A DNA stretch of 64,000 nucleotides, from positions 7,068,001 through 7,132,000 of the forward strand of contig NC_086108.1 of the NCBI RefSeq assembly GCF_963921235.1, written 5' to 3'. The position numbers and the translations under genes were made by a program. Every line of letters starts with the position of its first letter. Position 1 is the first letter of the stretch. This document shows positions 51,181 through 61,619 of the stretch, piece by piece. The notes under the pieces are model-generated. The model searched no databases and was not told the origin of the DNA. It saw nothing but the letters and a program-made list of their open reading frames with translations. This stretch comes from Mobula hypostoma (Eukaryota).

Positions 51181-51819
51181 TTCTACATTGTTTGACTTGG
51201 GAATGTACAGTAAGTTTTCGTAGTAGCTAAAATTTGAATGCCATCATATGGTAGCAATTTGTATATATTCTTAATTCGTTGGAGTTCAGCCCAAGTCTTT
51301 AAGCTTCCTTTTTTAGGATGTGACCACTTGTCAATTTTTTTTCTGGGTATGGTGGTTGATGACAAACCTATTTCCTTTCCTACTCTCCATCACCAGTCTG
51401 GTGGGTTTTCACTCTCTTAGTTTTTATTGGGTCCGGTGTTTGAACAGTTTAAACGCCAGCACAGAAAGGCAGGGTGGCAGAATTGGAAGCAAGGTTTGGG
51501 CAGATTTCGCTCACTCTCCTGCAATGTTTTTCCTTTCTCCACGTCATTGAGGCTGTGAGACTGCCCTGGCTGCTGTGCTTTGTGTCTGCAAGCTTCACCG
51601 TGATTTTTTTTTCCCCGCTGTAATTACCTGAGACCGAGGCTTTGGGCCTACTCTGGCTGCTCTGGGAATTTGGATCCAATGACTCGATTCGGTTCGGAAC
51701 GCTGTTCCTCGCTCCTATTTGCCTAATTGTGATTTTCCTCTTTCTCTGCGCTTTGGGTGTTAGTCTGGCTTTTTTCCTCAATGTTGTATAATTTATACAT
51801 TGATAATAAATGTACTTTA

Positions 51820-53540
51820 TGAACCCTCAACACAGGGGCCCCCCAGGGATGTGTAGTAAGCCCTCCCCTTTACTCACTGTATACCCATGACTGTGTCGTC
51901 ACCTATAGCTCAAATCTGCTAATTAAATTTGCAGATGATACTAAATTGATGGCTTTATCTCAAATAGTAATGAGGCAGCCTACAGAGAAGAAGTCATTAG
52001 ATTAGATTAGATTACATTCAACTTTATTGTTATTGTGCCGAGTGCAGATACAAAGCCAATGAAATGCAGTTAGCATTTAACCAGAAATACAAAGAATAGT
52101 GTTATTTACAAAATAACTGCAAATAAAAAGTAAGTGCTACAGCACACAAATATGTAAGTACTGAGACAGTACAAACTGGGTGCAATACTGCTTAGTGCTG
52201 TGATGTGAGGTTCAGGGTCACAGGGTCACAGCCTCAGGGAAGAAGCTCTTCCTGTGCTTGCTGGTTTGGGAGCGGAAGCTTTGTGGTCCAATATGGGACA
52301 ATTGCCATACCACACTGAGATGCAGTTGGTGAGTATGCTCTCAACGGTACAGCGGTTAAAGTCCATTAGTATCCTGGGACAGAGGTGAGCTTTCTTGATG
52401 CTCCACAGGAAATAAAGGCGCTGTTGTGCCTTTTTGATCAGGATGGAGGAGTTCAGGGACGAGGTGTGAGTGTGCTTCCTAGCATGCCTTAAGTCCACAA
52501 TGATCTCCTTGGTCTTAAGGGCCAGGTTGTTGTCAGCACACCACGCAGCCAGGTGCTGGACCTCGTCCCTGTAGTCTGTCTCATCATCCCCTCTGATCAG
52601 GCCGACCACCGTGGTGTCGTCTGCAAAGTTGATTATGGAGTTAGAACCAGGTACAGGAACGCAGTCATAGGTGAAAAGGGAGTACAGAAGAGGGCTCAGC
52701 ACACAGCCTTGAGGCACGCCAGTGTTCAGGGTGAGAGTGGAGGAGGAGAGGTTGTCTAACTTAACTGATTGGGGTCTTTTAGTTACCCAGACATACTGAT
52801 GTCAAGAAAACAACCTCTCCCTCAATGTCGCAGAAATAAAGGAGCTGTTTGTGGACTACAGGAGGAATGGAGACAGGCTCACCCCTATTGACAATAATGG
52901 ATCTGGGGTTGAGAGGATGAACAGCTTTAAGTTCCTCGGTATACACTTCACCAAGGATCTCACTTGGTATGTACATACCGGGTGTGGTGAAAAAAGCACA
53001 ACAGCACCTCTTTCACCTCAGACGGTTGAAGAAGTTTGACCTGATCCTAAGGACTTTCTACAGGCACATAATTGAGAGCATCCTGACTGGCTGCATCATT
53101 GCCTGGTATGGGAACTGTACTTCCCTCAATTGCAGGACTCTGCAGACAGTGGTGCGGACAGCCCAGCGCATCTGTAGATGTGAACTTCCCTCTATTCAGG
53201 ACATTTACAAAGACAGCTGCGTACAAGGGGTCTAAAGGATTATTGGGGACCCGAGTCACCCCAACCACAAACTGTTGCAGCTGCCACCATCCGGGAAAGG
53301 GTACCGCAGCATTAAAGCCAGGACCAACAGTCTTTGGGACAGCTTCTTCCACCAGGCCATCAGACTGATTAATTCATGCTGACACAATTGTATTTCTATG
53401 CTGTATTGACTGTTCTGTATATCTTACTGTACATACTATTTATTGCAAATTACTATAATTTGCACATTCAGACAGATACATAACGTAAAGATTTTTACTC
53501 CTTATGTATGTGAAGGATGTAAGAAATAGTCAATTCAATT
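51820..53540 (+). mobile_element. Rex1/Babar-type LINE RT fragment interrupted by an opposite-strand Rex element
   Basis: NTGAPQGCVVSP..KFADDT (51820-51996) resumes near 52781 with ENNLSLNV..KKAQQHLFHLRRL; (TTCAA)n tail. Confidence 0.8.
51997..52780 (-). mobile_element. Rex1/Babar-type LINE RT fragment (nested)
   Basis: PQGCVLSPLLYSLFTYDC..NFADDTTVVGLI..KKAQQRLYFL; (AATCT)n tail. Confidence 0.85.
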
Positions 53541-53585
53541 CAATGGAATTTGGTGCATGTCTTGCCATGGCTGCCAGACCAATTA

Positions 53586-54980
53586 CAGGTGTCCCCCGCT
53601 TTCCGAACGTTCACTTTACGAAACCTCACTGTTACGAAAGACCTACATTAGCACCCTGTTTTCGCTTTCAGAAGGTGTTTTTACTGTTATGAAGAAAGGT
53701 AGCGCGCGATGTAAGGAGATGTAAGCAGCCGCTCTCCCCCGGATTCAGAACGGCATTGCTTAAACACGTTGCATTGAGCAGCCGTTAGCAAGATGTGATC
53801 TAAGGTGTCGGAAAAGCCTGAAAGAGTAAGGGTGTTACACTTAGCGTAAAACTAGACATAATTAAGTGTTTCGATCGTGGTGAACGAAGCAAGGACAAAG
53901 TGAGTTTGGCTTGTGGAAGCTGACGAAGATGATGTTGAAGGGGTTTTGGCATCTCATGACCAAGATCTGATAGATGAAGAGCTGATGCAATTGGAAGAGG
54001 AAAGGATAACGATCGAAACCGAATGCAGTAACGAAAGTGAAGCAACTGCGTGAGATTTTCACTGCAATGATAAAGTACGACTTTAATTTTGAAAGGGTAC
54101 GTAGGTTTAGGGGATATTTGCAGGATGGTTTGAGTGCTTACAAAGAACTGTGTGATAGAAAAATGCACAAGGCTCAGCAGTCAAGCAAGCCTTCCACAGC
54201 AGACGATGAACCTCGACCTTCAACATCGAGGTGGGCAGTCATAGGAGAAGATGAGCTGCCTGCCCTGATCAACGATGAGATGACACCCCCGTGTTCCACC
54301 ACCCCAACCCCCGGGCCCCAGACAGATACTGTACCGATTCGCGGAGAATGCAGCGGTAGCTGAGAGGCACACAGCACATCTTTAAGAAAAAAGCCGAAAT
54401 AAACACGCTAATTAATTATGTGCCGCCTAGCATGTAATTGTCGGCCCAGATCAGAGGTGATTTAATCGGCAATCACCTCTGATCTGCGCCGACATTTACG
54501 TGCCGGGCGGCACCTAATTAATTAGCGTGTTTATTTCGGTTTTTTTCTTAAAGATGTGCTGCGTGCCTCCCAGCTGCTACTGCATTCTTCGTGGCAATGT
54601 ATCGGGTCGGCGGCCCGGAGGGTGGGGGCCACTGCGCTACCCCAACCTGCGACGACTCAGTCTAACACATCATCATCAGTGTGCTCGGTGCTGTCCCGAT
54701 TCTGGTAAGTGATACTACATTGTACATACATTATTTCTACTTTATATAGGCTGGGTATTTTTACGTATTACTTGGTAGATTTGGCAGCTTCATAGTTTAA
54801 AGGTTACTGGAAAGCACGTTTATGCCAACAGCGCTTGCGTGAGATTTTCTGCCGAGATTTTTGCTACAGAGATCTGTGCAGGCAATCGTTGTAGAGAAGT
54901 ATTTCTACTTTATATAGGCTGTGTATTTATCATATCATTCCTGCTTTTACTATATGTTACTGTTATTTTAGGTTTTACGT
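53586..54980 (+). mobile_element. Internally deleted Tigger/pogo DNA transposon, right end missing
   Basis: TA followed by CAGGTGTCCCCCGCTTTCCGAAC; remnants VTLSVKLDIIKCFDRGERSKD (CENP-B-like HTH) and EADEDDVEGVLASHDQDLIDEELMQLEEE. Confidence 0.8.
54345..54588. repeat. Long inverted repeat (118-bp arms, 8-nt loop)
   Basis: Arms 54345-54462 and 54471-54588 are complementary with scattered mismatches around the loop taatcggc. Confidence 0.92.
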
Positions 54981-55614
54981 GTACAGGGCCAAATTGTTGG
55001 ATCTGTTTAATTTCTGATCCTTTGGGTTCTTCCAGGAGTCCAGAATGGCAAGCAGTGTTAATTCCAAGATTTCAGTTTATTTTAGAGTACAAACAAGCAT
55101 ACAAATACTAAGCAAACCAAATAAAGGTCTGAAAAATTATGTTAAAAGAGTAAGATACTTAAGGGAAAGGAATAAAGAAGAAATAAAAAAATGGCACTCT
55201 TGAAAAATCTATCACTTTTATAGAAAAAAATTCCTTGGATAGTGATGAATTAATAGTCTACATAATTAAAACAGTTACATCACGTAGTTAATGAAAAACG
55301 AGAAAAGTTAAATAAACTTTAGTTTAACTGTTATGCCTCTGTTTTACATGATTTTGTTTAAAAATACAAATCTTCAATGGTTCTATTTAACATCAGAGAA
55401 TGTATACAATCTACAACCTGCAATTCTTGCTCTTTGTAGACATCCACAGAAGGGTATTTAAAGAATGAATGACAGTAAAAATGTTAGAACCCCAAAACCC
55501 CACTCACCCTCCCCCACACACACAAGCAGCAGCAAAGCATCGACCCTCCCCCTTAAATCTTTTAAAAAGTATTATTTAAAAAAATAGTGGTTTCTAACAG
55601 CACCCTACCTCTAG

Positions 55615-55620
<6 letters not shown>

Positions 55621-55664
<44 letters not shown>
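55621..55664. repeat. (GT)n microsatellite
   Basis: About 22 perfect GT units. Other simple repeats at 33083-33102 (AC), 38084-38103 (poly-C) and 44822-44877 (GT/AT). Confidence 0.95.
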
Positions 55665-55673
<9 letters not shown>

Positions 55674-58248
55674 ATGCATAAGACCTTTGCACAGGCCTAT
55701 ACTTGATAGAATAATAACCAAAACAGAATCAATTAAAGACCACACCAACTTGGGCATTCAACCAGTGTGCAAAAGACAACAGACTACAAATACAAAAAGA
55801 AAGAAATAGTAATAAATAATAAGGATCAGGAACATGAGATGAAGAGTCCTTGAGACTCTTCTTCTGGTGATGAATCAGCATATAGGAGGGAGATTGAAAA
55901 TCTGGCTGAGTGGTGCCATAGCAACCTGTTACTCAATATTGGTAAGACAAAGGAGCTGATTGTTGACTTCAGGAGGAGGAAACCAGAGGTCCATGAGCCA
56001 GTTCTCATCAGAAGATCAGAGCCAGGAACTTTAAATTCCTCGGTGTATTTCAGAGGACCTGTCCTGGGCCCTACACATATGTGCAATTATGACGAAAGCA
56101 CAATAGCACCCCCTTCTTTAGGAGTTTGCGTAAATTTAGCATGACATCTAAAGCTTTGACAAACTTCAATTAATAGAATTCAAAGTTGTCTGTATTCTGT
56201 TGGTGAATGTGCCTTATCGATAGCTTGTGAAATTAAGGGTACCCAGTACGTTTATTTCTCCTACTGGGGGCTGGAGTTCTACAGCCGACAGTATTTCAAT
56301 GGTCCCATTTAATATCAGAGAATGTGTACAATCTGAAATTCTTACTCGCCACCAATATCTACGAAACAGAAGAGGACCCCAAAGCATGAAAGACAGCAAA
56401 ACATTGTAACCCCAAAGCACCCTCTCACTCTCCCAAAGAATGAATGACAGAAAAATATTAGAACTCCAAAGCCCCCCTCTCACACACCCCCCCCCCTCAC
56501 TTGCAGGAAGCATTAGCCTCCCCCCACCCCCCCACACCACCCACCAAGCAACCAATAGCAAAGCCCCCAAAAAGAGATCTGCAGCCCAACAAACACTATT
56601 GTTTATGCAGCAATTCAACTTGCCTCTCCCAACCCCCCCCCCCCACAGTGGTGTTCGCCACAGTGAGAGAGGAGACCAACAAAACAGTCGCTGTTATGAT
56701 GTTGCAGTCTGTGACATCGCTTTTATTCTGGGTTTCTCTGACTCAAAATAAAAGTGATGCAGCAGATTTTAACAGCAACTGTTTTGTTGGTCTCCCCTCT
56801 TGCTGTGGCCAACACTTTTTGTTTCTTGTTAGTGACCTTTGGTATGTCGAATTGTTGGGTGAACAGTAGTTTAAAAGGTCAGCACAATATTGGACTGAAG
56901 GGCATGCACTGGGCTGAACTGCTGTATGTCCTACGCTTTCCTTAAAACCTAGAGTAGAAGCAGTCCCTTTAGTCTGCAATATTGTGCTGACCTTTTAACC
57001 TACTCCAAGATCAATCTTAACGAGCCCTCCATTTTTCTGTCATCCATGTGGCTCTCTAAGATTCTCTTGAATGTCCCCGATGTATCTGCTTCTACCAGCT
57101 GTGCATGCACGCACACCTCCATGTAAAAACCTACCTCTGACCTTCTGCCTATACCCTTATACAAAATCCAAAAGATCTGTGTATGACACTGTTCTGCTGC
57201 AAAGCAGCAAATTTTACTACACGTCAGTGATAATAAACCTGATTCTGTTTCTCTCCTGGACCCTGCAAATTATCAGAGGTGATGTTCCTTCTGTAACGTG
57301 TGGCAATTTGCAAGTAGGCCCAAACCAGATAACCATGCAAGCCTGCCCCAAAAGGCATTGGTAATTGGGCCCTGCAAAAATGAATCACCTGCTAGCTTTT
57401 TCTTTTCAAAATTTATTTAATTAGCTGAATTTAAATTCCCTCTTTAACCTCGTGTGGATTTACATATGAAGGTGGTCAGTCTAGACTCCTAGTTCTCAAG
57501 TTGAATAAATGTCACTGCTCTGACAGTAAGAATGCTTGTCATAACATTGCACAATGAATGGGACTCAAGTGTCCTAGTATTCTGACCAGAAAAAGAACAT
57601 AGTTACAATAGGGGTTACATTGATCTCTAGTGGCACTGTGTCTCACCCAATTCACCCGGTCTACCCCACAGAATATATTACTGTGAGCTCTGTGTCAACA
57701 TCTTAGCCTGACTTGTTTGAATAGACCCTGGGGTATCAATGTTTGAACAGAGCATGCTATTTATCTTTCGTCCAGCCAGCACTCCAATCACATTCCTTTG
57801 CAGACTGGAGACCTAAGATCTGGGGGAGAGATAAAACTTGGAAGGAAGTTTGATTGCATTTAGCATTGAGCAGAGATCCCTTGAGGAGCAGCAGGACCAC
57901 GATCTGGCGGCAGTATTCGTTGATATTCTGCAGACAGGCTATGGCACAGCTGTTTTCGCTTTAGAGTCACAGGAAAGTACAGCACACGAACAGGCCCTTC
58001 AGCCCATTTAGTCCGTGCCATTTAAACTGTATAGTCCTATCGTCCTTTGAAATTTTAAATCTTGAGGAAAGCGTTGGCGCTGTTGGTATTTAATTCATAT
58101 GGCACAAACAACCGCCTTGGTCTAGCTAGTCTGTGTTGACCATGAAGAAGTTCAGAGTAAAATTTATTATCAAAATATGTATCCACAGCACTGGGCAAAA
58201 AGTCTGAGATGCATGGAAAAAATTCTGTAAAGGTGCTTTCAAAAATAG

Positions 58249-59003
58249 CACTGGTTGACAAATTTCTTCAAAAGTATTGCTTCTTCAGAATTTTCTGTTT
58301 ATGATAGACCGCTTGAAGCTGAGCACAAATATATCAGACTACGTCTATCACATAGGAATTTGGAGAAATAAGAAATTAACTTTTATTGAATATAATGCAT
58401 TTAATTGCATAACGGAGATAACGCTTTGCAATGTCTCAGCTAAAAATGTTTTGTTGATGATTTTCATTTGTACTCAGTGTCTGAGGCTTCTCACTTAAGT
58501 GTCCAACAATTATCAGCCAGCATTGATGGATTCCAGTTGCCCTGAGACCGTTTCTCCATGACCACAATGTCCTGGTGAAATCTTTCACCATTCTCGTCAC
58601 TGACAGTGCCAAGATTTGCAGGGAAGAAGTCTAAATGGGAACACAGAAAATGAATCTTTAGTGACATGTTGCACTTCATGGTTCTGTATGCTTGAAGTAA
58701 TTGCCAAGAAATTTTTCACCAACAGCCTTGAATGCCTTCCGTGTGATTTTATCCGGGTCCACTAGAAGTTCTTATAATTGCCTGTCATTGATGCCGTTTG
58801 ATTTGTAGCCCAACAAAAATGCCTTCCTTAATCTTGGCATCAATTATTCTGACTTGAATTATCAATTCAAATAACAAATATAGGCAATTTCAGAAAAACA
58901 GCATGTGATTGAGGAATTTCATGGTGATTTTCATGATTAGCAGCCCAAGATCTATGAGATACACCCAAAGGTATCCAGGAAGGAAAAACTTTGTTGTCTA
59001 GTG
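58249..59003 (-). mobile_element. Non-autonomous Chapaev3-type (CMC superfamily) DNA transposon
   Basis: CAC...GTG ends with imperfect TIRs (CACTGGTTGACAAA / CACTAGACAACAAA); transposase remnants DAKIKEGIFVGLQIK..KFLGNY and CNMSLKIHFLCSHLDFFPANLGTVSDENGERFHQDI..MLADNCWTL. Confidence 0.75.
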
Positions 59004-59029
59004 CATTGAATTGAAAAGTTTTTAAATAT

Positions 59030-59150
59030 AAAAAAACTATAAATGGCAGTAAACAGTAAAAAAAACTATAAATGGCAGTAAATAGTAAAAAAAACTATAA
59101 ATGGCAGTAAATAGTAAAAAAAAACTATAAATGGCAGTAAATAGTAAAAA
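59030..59150. repeat. Minisatellite, four units of 29-30 bp
   Basis: (aaaaaaaactataaatggcagtaaatagt) repeated four times. Confidence 0.92.
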
Positions 59151-59402
59151 TCTAAATCAATTCAGTGTTTTGGTGTGACCATCCTTTGCCTTTAAAACTG
59201 CATCAGTTCTCTTAGGTACACTGTTGGGCAGTTTATAAGAAAATCGGATGGTAGGTTGTTCCAAGCTTGGAGAATTTGCCACAGTTCTTCTGCAGACTTT
59301 CACTGTCTTGCTTGTTTCTGTCTCTCCAGGTAATCCCAGACAGCCTTGATGATGTTGAGATCATGACTCTGTGAAGGCCAAAACATCTGAAACCATAGTG
59401 TA

Positions 59403-60079
59403 CACTTGCTGACCACTTTATTAGATCCAGGGGTGGAACTCAATGTGTTCTTCTGCTGTAGCCCATCTACTTCAAGATCTGAAGTGTTGTACTTTCAGAC
59501 ATGTTCTTCTATATTCCACTATTGTAACACGTGGTTATTTGAGCTACTGCTACCTTCCTGTCAGCTTGAACCAGTCTGGCCTTTCAAATCTGACCTCTCT
59601 CAGTAACAAGGCATTTTCACCAATAGAACTGCTGTTCACTGGATGTTTTTTTTTCCCTTTTTTTACACACCAAGCTCTGTAAGCCTTGCTTACTTGGGTT
59701 CTTGGCTCCCATAGGCTCAAGTATGGTTAGAGTTCAACACTTCTGTAATTCATTGCATCCACTGTACAGGGGACTGCACCAGATCCCTGCTGCCTGGCCT
59801 CATCTGTTTCCACCTCTCACAATGGGGGCATAGAGGCTGGGCATCAGCAGCTTCTGAGATACTCAAACCACCCTATCTGGCACCAGCAGTCATTCCACAT
59901 TCAAAGTCACTTAGACCACATTTCTTCCCCATTCTGATGTTTGGTCTGAGCAACAACTGAACCTCTTGACCATGTCTGCATGCTTTTATGCATCGAGTTG
60001 CTGCCACATGATTGACTGATTAGATATTTGCATCAACGAGCAGGTGCACAGGTATACCTAATGAAGTGGCCACTGAGTC
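59403..60079. mobile_element. Tc1/mariner-type non-autonomous element
   Basis: TA then cacttgctgaccactttattag ... ctaatgaagtggccactgagt; same end sequence at about 18650-18797 and 9084. Confidence 0.7.
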
Positions 60080-60177
60080 GAATACTGTATGCTATCTGGA
60101 GATTCATCTTGCAGGCATTTACAGTAAAGTAAATACAATAGAATTTATGGAAAGCTATACATAAATAATACATAAAA

Positions 60178-60522
60178 GGGTGGTTGGGTAGAGATATGCC
60201 TCTACCAAAGGAGGTACAAGGTGCTCCTTCCCTCCTCTAGCCTGCAGAGCACCCTTGGGTAAAGTGTAGCACTTGTTTAGCCCCCACTCCACCAGAGCAG
60301 GTGGTGTGCATCACAATTCCTGGTTATGCGATCACTGATGCCAGGCAGACAACCTCTGAAGAGTATTGATAATGGCTGGGGTCACCCGTCTTTGTAAAGG
60401 CACTGTCCAGTGGCAGTGAAGGCAATGGCAAACCACTTCTGTAGGAAAGCTTGTCAGAAACAATCATGGTCATGGAAAGACCATGATCGCCCACATCATA
60501 CGACATGGCGCAGAATGATGAT
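60178..60522 (+). mobile_element. RTE-associated SINE-like element
   Basis: Same family as 11920-12297. Confidence 0.72.
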
Positions 60523-60767
60523 AAAGATATACGTTGTATGTGCATAAAGTGACGCTAGACACAGGAGTGTCTGTGCATAACGTGACTGACAGGAAATTAT
60601 AAATACCGGTGATTGGGGGTGTGGAGGGGTGTGTTCGTGGGTGGTGGTGTTAATCAGCCTTCCTGCTTGGGGAAAAGAACTCTCTTTCAGCTTTGTTTGG
60701 CAATTAATTCCTCAAAAAGTATTTCTGTGAATTAAAATATATATTTTCTTTCTTTTCTTCACTTCAG

Positions 60768-61520
60768 GCCATTGTAAGGGGAAGCAAAGTTGGAATCGAC
60801 GGCTCACTGAACTGGCTTCTGGATGAATTTGAGAATGTTTCTGTTACTCGTTCCAATTCCCTGCGGAGAGGGAGCCCACCTTCACTGCCCCATCGGGACC
60901 AGTCGCAGGATGGCGTGCACAAGAACGGAGTGCACAATAGCCACACTAAGGGTGTCTACTCATCTGAGTTGGAGAGATACCACGATAACAAGGCGAGGAC
61001 TGAGGGGAGTAAGCCAGGGTCCAGGGATGAGCGGGACCAGGGTAGGGACGACAGGCACAGGAACCGAAATGCTGAGCGGGACAGCGGTCGTGGTCACCCG
61101 CAGCAGCCCAGGGGTCAGGAGCCGAGCAGGCCCAACCACCGTGACAGGGAGCTCCGCCCCGATTACCACAGGCACCCTGACAACAGGGGCAAGTCACACC
61201 ATAAAGTGGACAGCAGGAGAGACCACCACCCGGGCGACCAGGAAGGAAACCACGTTGGTTTCAATGAGCCCGCCAGTTCACAGGAGCGCTCAGCACGGCG
61301 AGAGAAGATTGAAGCCGCAGACAAGAGGCCAACGTCCACATACACTGGCGAGATCAGCCCACAGTCCCCAAAGGACAAGCGACCTCTCTCTGGTCCAAAT
61401 ATCCGCTCTCCGAATGTTCCAGATGCTGATGGAACGCGAAAGGGCCTGCATCCATCTGGGAGACCCTTCAATACGTACCCGATGGCTGACGCTGGAACAA
61501 GCAGAGGCACCAACAGCCAG
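60768..61520 (+). CDS. PAK4: PAK4 second coding exon (end of GBD region and low-complexity central linker)
   Basis: Strong acceptor ttttctttcttttcttcacttcag ending 60767; 753 nt open in phase 0: AIVRGSKVGIDGSLNWLLDEFENVSVTRSNSLRRGSPP...DKRPLSGPN...GRPFNTYPMADAGTSRGTNSQ; donor CAG|GTTTGT at 61521. Joins the previous exon in frame. TRSNSLRR, KRPLSGP and RPFNTYP are PAK4 motifs. Confidence 0.93.
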
Positions 61521-61619
61521 GTTTGTATGGCATGCTGCAACTCTCCTTTTTTCCCAAGTTGTTCATTGATCTTTTAATTGCTTAAATAAGCACGTGGAGT
61601 TGTGTCAACGAAGGTTTGA

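Larger units (their letters stand above)
45997..55599 (-). mobile_element. Decayed endogenous retrovirus provirus with nested insertions
   Basis: Two homologous LTRs (about 45997-46428 and 54995-55599) in the same orientation, PPT-like aaaaggcggg at 46431-46440, TGG-containing PBS-like site at about 54978-54993, pol remnants between. Confidence 0.75.
58185..59392. mobile_element. Tc1-type DNA transposon end, split by the Chapaev3 element
   Basis: Terminus cagcactgggcaaaagtc; resumes after 59003 with typical Tc1 subterminal sequence (tttggtgtgaccatcctttgcctttaaaactgcatc..). Confidence 0.6.
34596..60767 (+). other. PAK4: PAK4 intron (26,172 nt, GT-AG), filled with transposable elements
   Basis: GT donor and AG acceptor join two phase-0 exons into a contiguous PAK4 N-terminus (..LAPRK|AIVRGSK..). 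Confidence 0.88.

Noticed and set aside
52226..52717. KKAQQRLYFL segment as an ALKBH8-like gene
   Set aside because: This DUF1891-like motif is part of Rex/Babar ORFs and sits directly after RT motifs.
60823..61569. 248-aa overlapping ORF in an alternative frame of the PAK4 exon
   Set aside because: TTG start, no recognisable motif, and runs into the intron; likely a by-product of GC-rich low-complexity coding sequence.
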